From Chlamydiota bacterium (lineage in GTDB: Bacteria > Auribacterota > Tritonobacteria > UBA1439), in NCBI GenBank assembly GCA_037133055.1, contig JBAXOY010000055.1:1-19479 (forward strand): a stretch of DNA of 19,479 nt, given 5' to 3'. Numbering within the stretch: position 1 is the first letter of the stretch; each line of letters opens with the position of its first letter. The notes below the pieces were generated by a model, which was not told the DNA's origin, did not search any database, and saw only the letters and a list, made by a program, of their open reading frames with translations. Below, piece by piece: positions 1 through 8,594 of this stretch. Position numbers and translations under genes: made by a program.

Positions 1-2
1 CG

Positions 3-584
3 CCTACCATCACGATGACGCCCCAGATGTCTCCTACGTCGACACCTTCGCCTACGGCTCCGGCTCCTACAAGGACCCCGACAAGGACGCCCACGCCCCA
101 GATGTCTCCTACGTCGACACCTTCGCCTACGGCTCCGGCCCCGACTCGCACCCCGATTGCGGCGCCCACCGGGACTCCAACTCCCGCTCGGCCCACGGGC
201 GCGGAGTTGACGGTGAATGCGACTGCATTCAGGCCGGGGGCGCTTATGACGTTCGGGGCGAGAATCACGATATCGGCATGGATGAGTCTCGATGCCTACG
301 TCCTCGCCGAAACAACGCAGGGGATGTTCAGCATCTTTCTCGACGGGAGCATCCGGCCGGGGATCTCTCCCCTTGCCGCGGGCGTTCCCCGGCTCGACGC
401 ACCGATGGAGGTCACGCTCATCAGGGATCTTCCCTGCCCGGCCGGCCTGACGGGTGAAATCAGGCTCTATCTCATCATCACCCAGGCCGGCAGGGTGCCG
501 CCGGTAAAGAGCCCCGCCGAGGTGCGCCCGGATTCGCCCTTCGTCATCATGCTGGATAAAAAGACCCTGACGGTCCTGCCGTGA
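3..584 (+). CDS. 3' part of a Pro/Thr-rich, probably secreted or surface protein (start outside the window)
   Basis: Frame is open from base 3. A TPTP/TPSPT linker is followed by a ~125-aa globular C-terminal domain (ELTVNATAFRPG...LDAYVLA...KKTLTVLP). Stop TGA at 582-584. Confidence 0.75.
   Translation, partial: PTITMTPQMSPTSTPSPTAPAPTRTPTRTPTPQMSPTSTPSPTAPAPTRTPIAAPTGTPTPARPTGAELTVNATAFRPGALMTFGARITISAWMSLDAYVLAETTQGMFSIFLDGSIRPGISPLAAGVPRLDAPMEVTLIRDLPCPAGLTGEIRLYLIITQAGRVPPVKSPAEVRPDSPFVIMLDKKTLTVLP
18..139 (+). repeat. 47-bp exact direct repeat, 75-bp period, in the Pro/Thr linker
   Basis: ACGCCCCAGATGTCTCCTACGTCGACACCTTCGCCTACGGCTCCGGC at 18-64 and 93-139, encoding TPQMSPTSTPSPTAPA twice. 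Confidence 0.95.
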
Positions 585-634
585 GCGGCGAGCCCGGTTG
601 AATCTCCGGCGCCCTCCTCCCGAATCCCCCGCAT

Positions 635-663
635 TTGACATCCCCCTGCGGCGATACTAGAAT
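635..663 (+). promoter_or_regulatory. sigma70-type promoter
   Basis: TTGACA (635-640), 17-bp spacer, TAGAAT (658-663), about 30 bp upstream of GTG 695. The ORF-track TTG start at 635 is really this -35 box. Confidence 0.8.
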
Positions 664-694
664 GTCTTCTTCCGGGAGCCCGGGGGAACGCAGC

Positions 695-1444
695 GTGAAC
701 TCACGTGATCTCGTGCGGGCCTTTCTTGCCTCTGTCCTTTTCACGGCGTGCCACGGCTGCGCCCCGCTCTTTCCGCCGCCGCAGCCCGCGCGGACGCTCC
801 CCGCCGCCCCCCCCGCCCCGCGCCCCCTTCCGCTCTGCGGCGAGCCCGAGACCGGGTTCATCCGCAATCGGGGGAAGTTTCCGGGCGAGGTCCTTTATTA
901 CGTGAACGGCCGCGCGGGCTCGATCTGTTTCACCCGCACCGCGGTGCGCTACCTGATCGGCCAGGGATCGCCCGGGGGCGGCTTCAGCCTCCGGTTCGAG
1001 GGCGCGGGCAGGCGCACGGAACTCAGGGCTGAGAAGGAACTTCGCGCCGGGAGCGACCGCACCGCGGGACCCCGGGCGTTCTCGACCCTGACCTACCGGA
1101 ACCTCTACAAGGGGATAGATCTGGAGTACCGCGCGGGCCGCGGCGGCATCGAACGGGCCTTCATGGTCAACCCGGGCGTCGATCCGGGGATCATACGCGT
1201 CGCCTGCGAGGGGGCAACGGAGCTGACGGTTGCCAGAGACGGGGGGCTCATAATCTCGACGCCGCACGGCAATTTCACCGAAAAGCCCCCGCGCGCGTAC
1301 CAGTATATCTCTGGGGAAAAGGTCGCCGTCCCAGGGGGATTCATCCTCGCCGGGGACCGGATGATCGGATTCGCGCTGCCGCGCCGCGACCCCCGCTACC
1401 TCCTCGTGATCGATCCCGCCGGGGCGGAGGGACGGGCGCGGTGA
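695..1444 (+). CDS. Putative lipoprotein with the N-terminal domain typical of SBBP-repeat proteins (DUF7948-like), no propeller repeats
   Basis: GTG 695 follows GGGGGA. Signal-like MNSRDLVRAFLASVLFTACHGC, a Pro-rich linker, then FIRNRGK..VLYY, YRNLYKGIDLEY, FMVNPGVDPGII, P.AYQ and LVIDP motifs. Confidence 0.7.
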   Translation: MNSRDLVRAFLASVLFTACHGCAPLFPPPQPARTLPAAPPAPRPLPLCGEPETGFIRNRGKFPGEVLYYVNGRAGSICFTRTAVRYLIGQGSPGGGFSLRFEGAGRRTELRAEKELRAGSDRTAGPRAFSTLTYRNLYKGIDLEYRAGRGGIERAFMVNPGVDPGIIRVACEGATELTVARDGGLIISTPHGNFTEKPPRAYQYISGEKVAVPGGFILAGDRMIGFALPRRDPRYLLVIDPAGAEGRAR

Positions 1445-1494
1445 TCCCGCGGAGGCTCTCCTCGATGATCTCCCGACATGCCCGCCGATTGCCC

Positions 1495-1523
1495 TTGCGC
1501 AGCCGGCCCGCGGGGCGTAGCAT
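1495..1523 (+). promoter_or_regulatory. Possible sigma70-type promoter for dprA
   Basis: TTGCGC (1495-1500), 17-bp spacer, TAGCAT (1518-1523); RBS GGAGG at 1531-1535. Confidence 0.5.
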
Positions 1524-1542
1524 GGATGCGGGAGGGGACGCG

Positions 1543-2646
1543 ATGAGCGAGATCGAAAGCCTGGTCGCGCTCAACATGGTCGAGGGGCTCGGCCCCATCA
1601 CGATCAGGCGGCTGGTCAATGCGTTCGGATCCGCCTCCGCCGCCTTCGCGGCGGACTCCGCGGCCCTCGCCCGCGTCGAGGGGATCGGCCCAGTCCTCGC
1701 GGCCCGGATCGCCGCCGGGCGGTCTGCGGCGGACGCCCCCCGGGAACTGGAACGGGCCCGGAGGGGGGGGGTGACGCTCATTCCCTTCACCGACCCGGCC
1801 TATCCGGAATGCCTCGCCGAGATCTACGACCCGCCGGTGCTCCTCTACGTGAAGGGCTCCCTTCGCCCGGAGGACCGGTTCGCGATCGCCATCGTCGGGG
1901 CGCGGCGCTGCTCGCAGTACGGGCTCTTTCACGCGGAGCGCCTCGCCGGGCAGATCGCCGGCGTCGGGCTCACGGTGGTGAGCGGCATGGCGCGCGGGAT
2001 CGACACCGCGGCGCACCGCGGCGCCATCAAGGCCGGGGGGAGGACGATCGCGGTCCTCGGGAGCGGGCTCGGCCGCATCTACCCTCCCGAAAACAGGGGG
2101 CTCGCCGACGAGATCGCCGCGACGGGGGCGGTGGTCTCCGAGTTCCCCCTCGCGATAGGGCCGCAGCGCGCGAACTTCCCGCTCCGGAACAGGCTTATCA
2201 GCGGACTCTCTCTCGGCGTGCTCGTGGTTGAGGCGGCGCGCAAGAGCGGCTCGCTCATCACCGCCTCCCAGGCGCTCGAGCAGGGGCGGACGGTCTTCGC
2301 GATGCCCGGCCGCATCGACTCCTTCGCCTCGCGCGGCGCGCATGCGCTCCTGAAAGACGGCGCACGGCTGGTAGAGTCGGTCGAGGACATCTGCGCGGAG
2401 TTCCCCTACCTCTTTCCCGCACGCGCCCCCCGGGAGGAAACCGGCGCCCCCGGAGCCCCCCGGCCCCGTCTCACCCCCGGCGAGGAATCCGTCCTCGGAC
2501 ATCTCGCCGCCGAGGAGCGCTCCATCGACGAGATCACCGCCTCCTGCGGGCTCCCCCCCGCAGCCGTCTCGGCCGCCCTCCTTTCCCTCGAGCTCAAGCA
2601 CCTCGCCAACAAGTTGCCCGGCAATAGGTTCCGCAAGGCGTTCTGA
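1543..2646 (+). CDS. dprA: DNA-processing protein DprA (Smf)
   Basis: YPECLAEIYDPPVLLYVKG, AIVGAR, VSGMARGIDTAAH, TIAVLGSG, NFPLRNRLISGLS, VVEAARKSGSLITA motifs and a C-terminal winged helix. GGAGG precedes ATG 1543; upstream of topA. Confidence 0.97.
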   Translation: MSEIESLVALNMVEGLGPITIRRLVNAFGSASAAFAADSAALARVEGIGPVLAARIAAGRSAADAPRELERARRGGVTLIPFTDPAYPECLAEIYDPPVLLYVKGSLRPEDRFAIAIVGARRCSQYGLFHAERLAGQIAGVGLTVVSGMARGIDTAAHRGAIKAGGRTIAVLGSGLGRIYPPENRGLADEIAATGAVVSEFPLAIGPQRANFPLRNRLISGLSLGVLVVEAARKSGSLITASQALEQGRTVFAMPGRIDSFASRGAHALLKDGARLVESVEDICAEFPYLFPARAPREETGAPGAPRPRLTPGEESVLGHLAAEERSIDEITASCGLPPAAVSAALLSLELKHLANKLPGNRFRKAF

Positions 2647-2666
2647 TCAGCGAGGGAGATTATCCT

Positions 2667-2695
2667 TTTATTCCGCGCGCCGCGGTGTGTATAAT
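2667..2695 (+). promoter_or_regulatory. Probable promoter for topA and possibly the downstream operon
   Basis: Perfect TATAAT (2690-2695) with a weak -35 TTTATT (2667-2672) at 17-bp spacing, in an AT-enriched intergenic patch. Confidence 0.6.
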
Positions 2696-2768
2696 CCGGC
2701 GCTAAAGGTCAGGCTGCCAGCGGCGGGCCTTGTCACACTGATCGGTGGAAATCGGCGGAAAAGAATTT

Positions 2769-4943
2769 ATGTCCAAATCTCTCGTCATCGTCGAGTCGCC
2801 CGCGAAGTCCAAGACGATCAACAAGATCCTCGGGAAGAAGTACACGGTCATGGCATCCATGGGCCACGTGCGCGACCTCCCGAAGAGCCGGATCGGCGTG
2901 GATATCGAGCACGACTTCGAGCCCACCTACATCATCCCCGCAAAGAGCAAGAAGCTCGTCACGGAGCTCAAGAAAGCCGCCCGCGAGGCGGGGACGGTCT
3001 ACCTCGCTCCCGACCCCGACCGGGAGGGGGAGGCGATCGCCTGGCACCTCCAGGAGGCGCTGAAGGGCGCCGGGAAGAAGTTCCTGCGCGTCACGTTCAA
3101 CGAGATCACGGCGGAGGCGATACGGGGCGCCTTCGCGAAGCCCGCGGGGGTCGACCTCCTCAAGGTGGAATCGCAGCAGGCCCGCCGCATCCTCGACCGG
3201 ATCGTCGGCTACACCCTGAGCCCGCTCCTCTGGAAAAAGGTGGGGCGGGGCCTGAGCGCGGGACGGGTGCAGTCGGTAGCGGTCAAGCTCATCTGCGACC
3301 GCGAGGCGGAGATCAGGGCCTTCACGCCGACGGAGTACTGGACGATCGAGGCTGCGCTGAAGAAGCACGCGGGGGGCGGCGAACCGTTCACCGCGCGGCT
3401 CGCGAAGATCGGCGGGGTGAAGGCGGAGATCCCCGACGGGGCCCGCGCGGAAGAGATCGTCAAAGACGCCTCGGCACGCCCGTATGCCGTCAGCTCGGTC
3501 GAGGAGAAGGAGCGCCGCCAGCGCCCCTACCCGCCGTTCATCACGAGCACGCTCCAGCAGGCGGGCGTGAACCGCCTCCGGTGGCCCGTCGCGAAGACCA
3601 TGAAGGTCGCCCAAGAGCTTTACGAGGGCCTCGACCTCGGGACGAAGGAAACGGTCGGGCTCATCACCTACATGCGCACCGATTCCACCCGCATCGCCTC
3701 GACGGCGCAGGACGAGGCGCTCCGCTTTATCCGGGAGCGGTACGGAGACGCGTACGCCCCCCGGAAACCGAACGTCTACGCCTCGCGCAAGGGGGCCCAG
3801 GAGGCGCACGAGGCGATCCGCCCCACCTCCGCGTCCCGGACGCCCGGAGAGATGAAGCCGCATCTCACCCGCGAGCAGCATGCGCTCTACCGGCTCATCT
3901 GGGAGAGGTTCGTCGCGAGCCAGATGGCGCCGGCGGTTTTCACGCAGATCGAGGTCGAGATCGCCGCGGGGCCCTACCTGTTCCGTGCCGCGGATACCAA
4001 GGTGGTCTTCGACGGATACCTGAAGGTGGCGGGCGCGCCGGCGAAGGACGAGGAGGAGAGCCCCCTCCCGCCGCTCGCGAAGGGCGAGCCGCTGACGCTC
4101 GTCTCCCTCACCCCTTCCCAGCATTTCACGAAGCCCCCGCCCCGCTACACCGAGGCGACGCTCGTCAAGGAGCTCGAGGAGAATGGGATCGGGAGGCCGA
4201 GCACCTATTCCCCCACCATATCCACGATCCGGAAGCGCACCTACGTGGGAAAGGATGGGGGGCGTCTCTTCCCCACCCCCCTGGGGGAGCTCGTGAATGG
4301 CCTTTTGGTCAAGGGATTCCCCGAGCTGATCAACGTCGAGTTCACCGCCCGCATGGAGGACGAGCTCGACGAGATCGAGGCGGGCACGATCGCACGGGCC
4401 CGGGTGCTGAGGGAGTTCTACGAGCCGTTCATGGAGTCGATGACGAAGGCGCAGACCACCATGGAGACGCTGAAGAAGGCCCCCGAGCCCACCTCCGCCG
4501 TCTGCGATAAGTGCGGACACCCGATGGTCATACGGCACACACTGCGGGGGGAGTTCCTCGCCTGCTCGAACTTCCCGCGCTGCCGGAACATCAAGCCGAT
4601 CGCCATGCGCGAGGACGGGAGCTTCGCGATCCGGAAGCCCGTCGTCCTGGACGAGAAGTGCCCGCAGTGCGGCACGCCGCTCATGGAGCGGCACGGGAAG
4701 TTCGGCCAGTTCATCGCCTGCAGCGGCTACCCGACATGCCGCTACGTGAAGCCTAAATCCACCGGGCTCAAGTGCCCCGAGCCGGGATGCGGGGGCGAGA
4801 TCGTGCATCGGAAGGGGCGCGGAAGGTCCAAGTTTTACGGCTGCAGCAACTACCCGAAGTGCGGGTTCAGCGCGAGGAGCATCGAGGCCCTCGGGGGGAA
4901 CACGAAGCCGCCGGGGGAAGGCGAAAAGCCGGACGCCGATTGA
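2769..4943 (+). CDS. topA: DNA topoisomerase I (type IA) with three C-terminal C4 zinc ribbons
   Basis: LVIVESPAK, SMGHVRDL, DPDREGEAI, SAGRVQS, GLITYMRTDS (catalytic Tyr), AQEAHEAIRPT, GIGRPSTY; CDKC/CSNFPRC, CPQC/CSGYPTC, CPEPGC/CSNYPKC. Confidence 0.98.
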   Translation: MSKSLVIVESPAKSKTINKILGKKYTVMASMGHVRDLPKSRIGVDIEHDFEPTYIIPAKSKKLVTELKKAAREAGTVYLAPDPDREGEAIAWHLQEALKGAGKKFLRVTFNEITAEAIRGAFAKPAGVDLLKVESQQARRILDRIVGYTLSPLLWKKVGRGLSAGRVQSVAVKLICDREAEIRAFTPTEYWTIEAALKKHAGGGEPFTARLAKIGGVKAEIPDGARAEEIVKDASARPYAVSSVEEKERRQRPYPPFITSTLQQAGVNRLRWPVAKTMKVAQELYEGLDLGTKETVGLITYMRTDSTRIASTAQDEALRFIRERYGDAYAPRKPNVYASRKGAQEAHEAIRPTSASRTPGEMKPHLTREQHALYRLIWERFVASQMAPAVFTQIEVEIAAGPYLFRAADTKVVFDGYLKVAGAPAKDEEESPLPPLAKGEPLTLVSLTPSQHFTKPPPRYTEATLVKELEENGIGRPSTYSPTISTIRKRTYVGKDGGRLFPTPLGELVNGLLVKGFPELINVEFTARMEDELDEIEAGTIARARVLREFYEPFMESMTKAQTTMETLKKAPEPTSAVCDKCGHPMVIRHTLRGEFLACSNFPRCRNIKPIAMREDGSFAIRKPVVLDEKCPQCGTPLMERHGKFGQFIACSGYPTCRYVKPKSTGLKCPEPGCGGEIVHRKGRGRSKFYGCSNYPKCGFSARSIEALGGNTKPPGEGEKPDAD

Positions 4944-4947
4944 GGAG

Positions 4948-5144
4948 ACGCGGATCGCCGCGGATGAACGCGGATAAAGATGCGTTTCACCACGAAGGCA
5001 CGAAGAGAACATCCGTGTGGGCGTGTGAAAGAATGAAACGGCGAGCGGGCGAAAGGGCGAGCGGGCGACTTTATAGCTTTACTGTTGCACTGGTTCGCCA
5101 ACACGCCGGTTCGCCCTTTCGCCGGTTCGCCCTTTCGCCGGTTC
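4948..5144. repeat. Composite intergenic repeat: 10-mer and 8-mer tandem units plus an imperfect inverted repeat
   Basis: CGCGGAT x3 at 10-bp period (4949-4975); CACGAAG x2 (4991-5005); GGCGA-core octamers (5040-5068) complementary to TCGCC-core octamers, including CGCCGGTTCGCCCTTT x2.5 (5104-5144). Confidence 0.85.
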
Positions 5145-5171
5145 TGGTTTTCCGCTGTCCGCGGGGTATCC

Positions 5172-6077
5172 ATGGACACGTCCCTTGAAAAGTTCCTCGC
5201 CTACCTCCGGGCGGAGAAGGACGCCTCCCCGCACACGCTCGACGCCTACCGGCGCGACATCGAGCGCTTCGCCGGCTTCCTGTCGCGGAGGGCGAGGGGG
5301 ATCGCCGAGGGGCACTGGCGGCTGGCCGACCGCTCGCTGATCCGGCAGTATCTCGCCGAGATCACCGGGGACGGCCTCTCGCGGGCGAGCATCGGCCGGG
5401 CCATCTCCTCGCTGCGCTCCTTCTACCGCTTCATGGTGCGCGAGGGGATATCGGCGGTGAACCCGTTCACGGGCGTCGCGAGCCCGAAAAGGCAGAAGAC
5501 GCTCCCCCGATTCCTCGACGTGGACGCGGTGCGACGCCTGATCGAGGCGGCCGACGGAGAGAGCCTCCTTGACCGCCGCGACCGCGCCATCCTCGAAACG
5601 CTCTACAGCACGGGGATGCGCGTGAGCGAGCTCGTCTCGCTCGACATGGGGGACCTCGATCTCTTCGGCGAGATGGTCCGGGCGAAGGGAAAGGGGAGAA
5701 AGGAGCGTCTCGCCCCCCTCGGGAAGCCCGCGATCGGGGCGCTGATCGCCTATTTCAGCGCGCGGAACATCAACCCGCTCAGGGCGAAGGGAACGGCGGG
5801 GGGAGTCGTCTTCATCAACAAGAACGGCGGACGGCTCACCGCGAAATCCGTCCGGCAGGTCGTCAACAAACACGTCCGGAAATGCGCCCTCGCGACGCGC
5901 GTCTCGCCGCACTACCTGCGGCACTCGTTCGCCACGCACCTCCTCGACGCGGGCGCCGACCTCCGGTCGGTACAGGAGCTGCTCGGGCACGCGAGCCTCT
6001 CCACCACGCAGATCTACACGCACGTGACCGCGGAGCGCATGAAGAAGGTCTACGAGGCGGCGCACCCGAGGGCGTGA
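5172..6077 (+). CDS. xerC: Tyrosine recombinase XerC
   Basis: RDRAILETLYSTGMRVSEL, KGKGRKER, SPHYLRHSFATHLLDAGADLRSVQELLGHASLSTTQIYTH (R-K-H-R-H-Y catalytic set). dprA-topA-xerC synteny favours XerC over XerD. Confidence 0.9.
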   Translation: MDTSLEKFLAYLRAEKDASPHTLDAYRRDIERFAGFLSRRARGIAEGHWRLADRSLIRQYLAEITGDGLSRASIGRAISSLRSFYRFMVREGISAVNPFTGVASPKRQKTLPRFLDVDAVRRLIEAADGESLLDRRDRAILETLYSTGMRVSELVSLDMGDLDLFGEMVRAKGKGRKERLAPLGKPAIGALIAYFSARNINPLRAKGTAGGVVFINKNGGRLTAKSVRQVVNKHVRKCALATRVSPHYLRHSFATHLLDAGADLRSVQELLGHASLSTTQIYTHVTAERMKKVYEAAHPRA

Positions 6078-6086
6078 TGAACGGAT

Positions 6087-6130
6087 AATGACAACTCGCG
6101 GGATCCAAATGACAAACGAACGACAAATGA
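6087..6130 (+). repeat. Degenerate AATGACAA-type short repeats
   Basis: AATGACAA (6087-6094), then AAATGACAAA, AACGACAAA and AAATGA within an AT-rich 63-bp gap. Confidence 0.6.
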
Positions 6131-6140
6131 GAAAGGCCGC

Positions 6141-7439
6141 ATGACGCTCTTCTTGTATAATTTCCTTCTGGACCTGTTCTTCATCCTCGCCGCCCCCTGG
6201 TTCGCCGTGCAGGTGGCGCGGAAGAAGAAGTACCGCGCGGGGATCGCGCAGCGCCTCGGCCGCTATCCAAAGGAGCTCGAGGATTCGCTCCGCGGGAAGC
6301 GGTGCGTCTGGGTCCACGCGGTCTCCGTGGGCGAGGTGCTGGCGGCGCTGCCGCTCGTGAAGGCCCTCGCGAAATCGCTCCCCGGGCGCCGCGTCGTCCT
6401 CTCGACCGTCACCCTCACCGGGCAGAGGGTGGCGCGGGAAAAGGCGGGGGGGGACGCGGCCGTCATCTACTTTCCCCTGGATCTCCGGTTCGCGGTGCGG
6501 CGGGCCCTCGACCTGGTCTCCCCGGCCCTCGTCGCGATAGTCGAAACCGAGCTCTGGCCCAACTTCATCGCGGAGACCGCGGGGAGGGGCGTTCCCCTCT
6601 TGATCGTCAACGGCCGCATCTCCGACCGGTCCTTCCGCGGCTACCGGAGGCTCCGCGTGCTGCTCCGGAGGATCCTGCCGCTGATCACCCGCTTCAGCAT
6701 GCAGACGGAACTCGACGCGGAGCGGATCAGGGCCCTCGGCGCGCCCCCGGAGAAGGTCGAGGTGGGCGGGAACATGAAGTTCGACTGCGGGATATCCCCC
6801 GCCGGAGAAGAGGAGACGCGCGCGGCGCGCGCGGCGCTCGGGCTGCGCGAGGACGCGCCGGTCATCGTCGCCGGCAGCACCCACCGGGGGGAGGAGGAGG
6901 TCCTCATGGAGGCGTTCGACGCGGCGCGGCGCGTCCTCCCCGGGACCGCCATCGTCATCGTGCCCCGTCACCCGGAGCGCCGGGACGAGGTGAAGGCGCT
7001 CTGCGAGGCGCGAGGCGCGCGCGGCGTCCTCCGGTCGCGCGCCCCCTCCGGCGAGAAGATCCCCGGGGGGGCGATCCTCATCGCGGACACCATCGGGGAG
7101 CTCGCGCGGATCTACCGGGCGGCCACCGTGGTGTTCGTGGGAAAGAGCCTCGTCGACGGCGGGGGGCAGAACATCATCGAGCCGGCGAGCATGGGGAAGC
7201 CTGTCGTCTTCGGCCCCTCGATGCACAACTTCCGCGAGGCGTCGGAACTTCTCCTCAAAAACCGGGGCGCCATCCAGGTCGCCGACGCCCGCGGGCTCGT
7301 GGAGACGATCACGTCGCTCCTCAAGGACGCGCGGGCGCGCGAAGAGCTCGGGCGCCGCGCCGCGGAGGCGATGGCGGGGAGCCGCGGCGCGACGCAGAGG
7401 AACCTGGAGCTGATCCTGTCCATGCTGCCCGGAAAATAG
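6141..7439 (+). CDS. waaA: Kdo transferase (3-deoxy-D-manno-octulosonic acid transferase)
   Basis: WVHAVSVGE, ETELWPN, NGRIS, GNMKFD, AGSTH, PRHPER, DTIGEL, GGQNIIEPA motifs and an N-terminal membrane anchor. Confidence 0.96.
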   Translation: MTLFLYNFLLDLFFILAAPWFAVQVARKKKYRAGIAQRLGRYPKELEDSLRGKRCVWVHAVSVGEVLAALPLVKALAKSLPGRRVVLSTVTLTGQRVAREKAGGDAAVIYFPLDLRFAVRRALDLVSPALVAIVETELWPNFIAETAGRGVPLLIVNGRISDRSFRGYRRLRVLLRRILPLITRFSMQTELDAERIRALGAPPEKVEVGGNMKFDCGISPAGEEETRAARAALGLREDAPVIVAGSTHRGEEEVLMEAFDAARRVLPGTAIVIVPRHPERRDEVKALCEARGARGVLRSRAPSGEKIPGGAILIADTIGELARIYRAATVVFVGKSLVDGGGQNIIEPASMGKPVVFGPSMHNFREASELLLKNRGAIQVADARGLVETITSLLKDARAREELGRRAAEAMAGSRGATQRNLELILSMLPGK

Positions 7440-7448
7440 GATGGAGCC

Positions 7449-8594
7449 ATGAACCCGCTCTACTGGTCCGACATCGTGGAGGGAAGGCGCCGCGGCATCG
7501 CCGCCGCGTGCCTGCGCGCCGCGCTCATCCCCCCCTCGCTCGCCTACCGTCTGGCGATCTCGGGGAGAAACGCGGCCTATGGCCGCGGCATCCTCCGCGC
7601 CCACGGACTCCCGCGCCCGATCGTCAGCGTCGGGAACCTCGTCGTGGGAGGGACGGGAAAGACGCCCCTCGTGAAACTCCTCGCGCGGGGCCTCCGCGAG
7701 CGCGGCCTCCGGGCCGCGGTGCTGAGCAGGGGGTACGGCGCCGTGCGCGAGGGGCAGCCGTTTCCCCGTCTCGTCTCCGACGGCAGCCGGGTTTTCCTCT
7801 CTTCCCGCGAGGCGGGCGACGAGGCGTGCATGCTCGCCCATTCCCTTGAAGGGACGGTGGTCGCGGTCGACCCCGACCGCGCGAGGGCCGGGGAGATGGT
7901 CGCGCGGCGATTCCCGGTCGACGCATTCATCCTCGACGACGGGTTCCAGCACCGGCGGCTCGCGCGGGACGCCGATATCCTGCTCCTCGACGCCGCGCGC
8001 CCGTTCGGCAACGGCCGGGTCCTTCCCGCGGGGCGGCTCAGGGAGCCGGCCTCCGCGGTGAGGCGCGCCGGGGCGATCGTCTTCACGCGGTGCTCGCACC
8101 CCCCCGACCCGGACACGCTCGCCGGGGTCCGGAGGCTCAACCCGCGGGCGGAGGTGTTCACCTCGACGCACGAGCCCGCCCGCCTCGTGGAGATCCCCTC
8201 CGGGACCGTTCGCGAACCCCGGGCACTGAAGGGGAAGACGGTCGCCGCGTTCTGCGGCATCGCGGCGCCGGAGGATTTCGCCCGCACGCTTTCGGACCTC
8301 GGCGCCCGCATCGCGCTGTGGCGCCCGTATCCCGACCATCACCGCTGCCTCGCCGCGGAGATCGAGGAGTTCGCCATGGCCGCGGCGGGGGCGGGCGCCG
8401 AGGGGCTCGTCACGACCTCCAAGGACGCCGCGCGCCTCCCGGAGAACCTGCGCCTTCCCCTCCCCCTCTACTCGCTCGAGATAGAAATGAAAATTGGCGG
8501 GGGGGACGGACAATTGCTAGAATGGGTGATTGAGTCAATCGGGTCCGCCGCGCTGACGCCGGCGCCCGCGCCCCGCGCGCAAAGGAGCTCATGA
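7449..8594 (+). CDS. lpxK: Tetraacyldisaccharide 4'-kinase
   Basis: SVGNLVVGGTGKTP (P-loop), LSRGYG, GDE, LDDGFQH, LPAGRLRE, YPDHH, TTSKD. Confidence 0.96.
   Translation: MNPLYWSDIVEGRRRGIAAACLRAALIPPSLAYRLAISGRNAAYGRGILRAHGLPRPIVSVGNLVVGGTGKTPLVKLLARGLRERGLRAAVLSRGYGAVREGQPFPRLVSDGSRVFLSSREAGDEACMLAHSLEGTVVAVDPDRARAGEMVARRFPVDAFILDDGFQHRRLARDADILLLDAARPFGNGRVLPAGRLREPASAVRRAGAIVFTRCSHPPDPDTLAGVRRLNPRAEVFTSTHEPARLVEIPSGTVREPRALKGKTVAAFCGIAAPEDFARTLSDLGARIALWRPYPDHHRCLAAEIEEFAMAAAGAGAEGLVTTSKDAARLPENLRLPLPLYSLEIEMKIGGGDGQLLEWVIESIGSAALTPAPAPRAQRSS

Noticed and set aside
2685..2695. Extended -10 (TGn) promoter for topA
   Set aside because: The TG dinucleotides are not at -15/-14 relative to TATAAT, so only a standard -10 is claimed.
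2687..4510. 607-aa alternative-frame ORF over topA, also 6302-7849 and 13591-14514
   Set aside because: Arg/Gly/Pro-rich off-frame translations of GC-rich genes.
5068..5095. AT-rich spacer upstream of xerC as a dif-like site
   Set aside because: No TTATGTTAAAT-like XerD arm or 11-6-11 dyad on either strand.
4948..5144. Repeats as a CRISPR array
   Set aside because: Units are 8-16 bp, contiguous and lack unique spacers; no cas genes.
5172..6077. Tyrosine recombinase as a phage or island integrase
   Set aside because: Size, motifs and dprA-topA synteny indicate housekeeping XerC; no att repeats, tRNA or mobile cargo nearby.
5079..8513. 1144-aa minus-strand ORF, and others such as 2733-5012, 1396-2601, 13322-14518 and 17923-19266
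   Set aside because: Antisense shadows of well-supported + strand genes, expected with high GC3 codon bias; no recognisable motifs.
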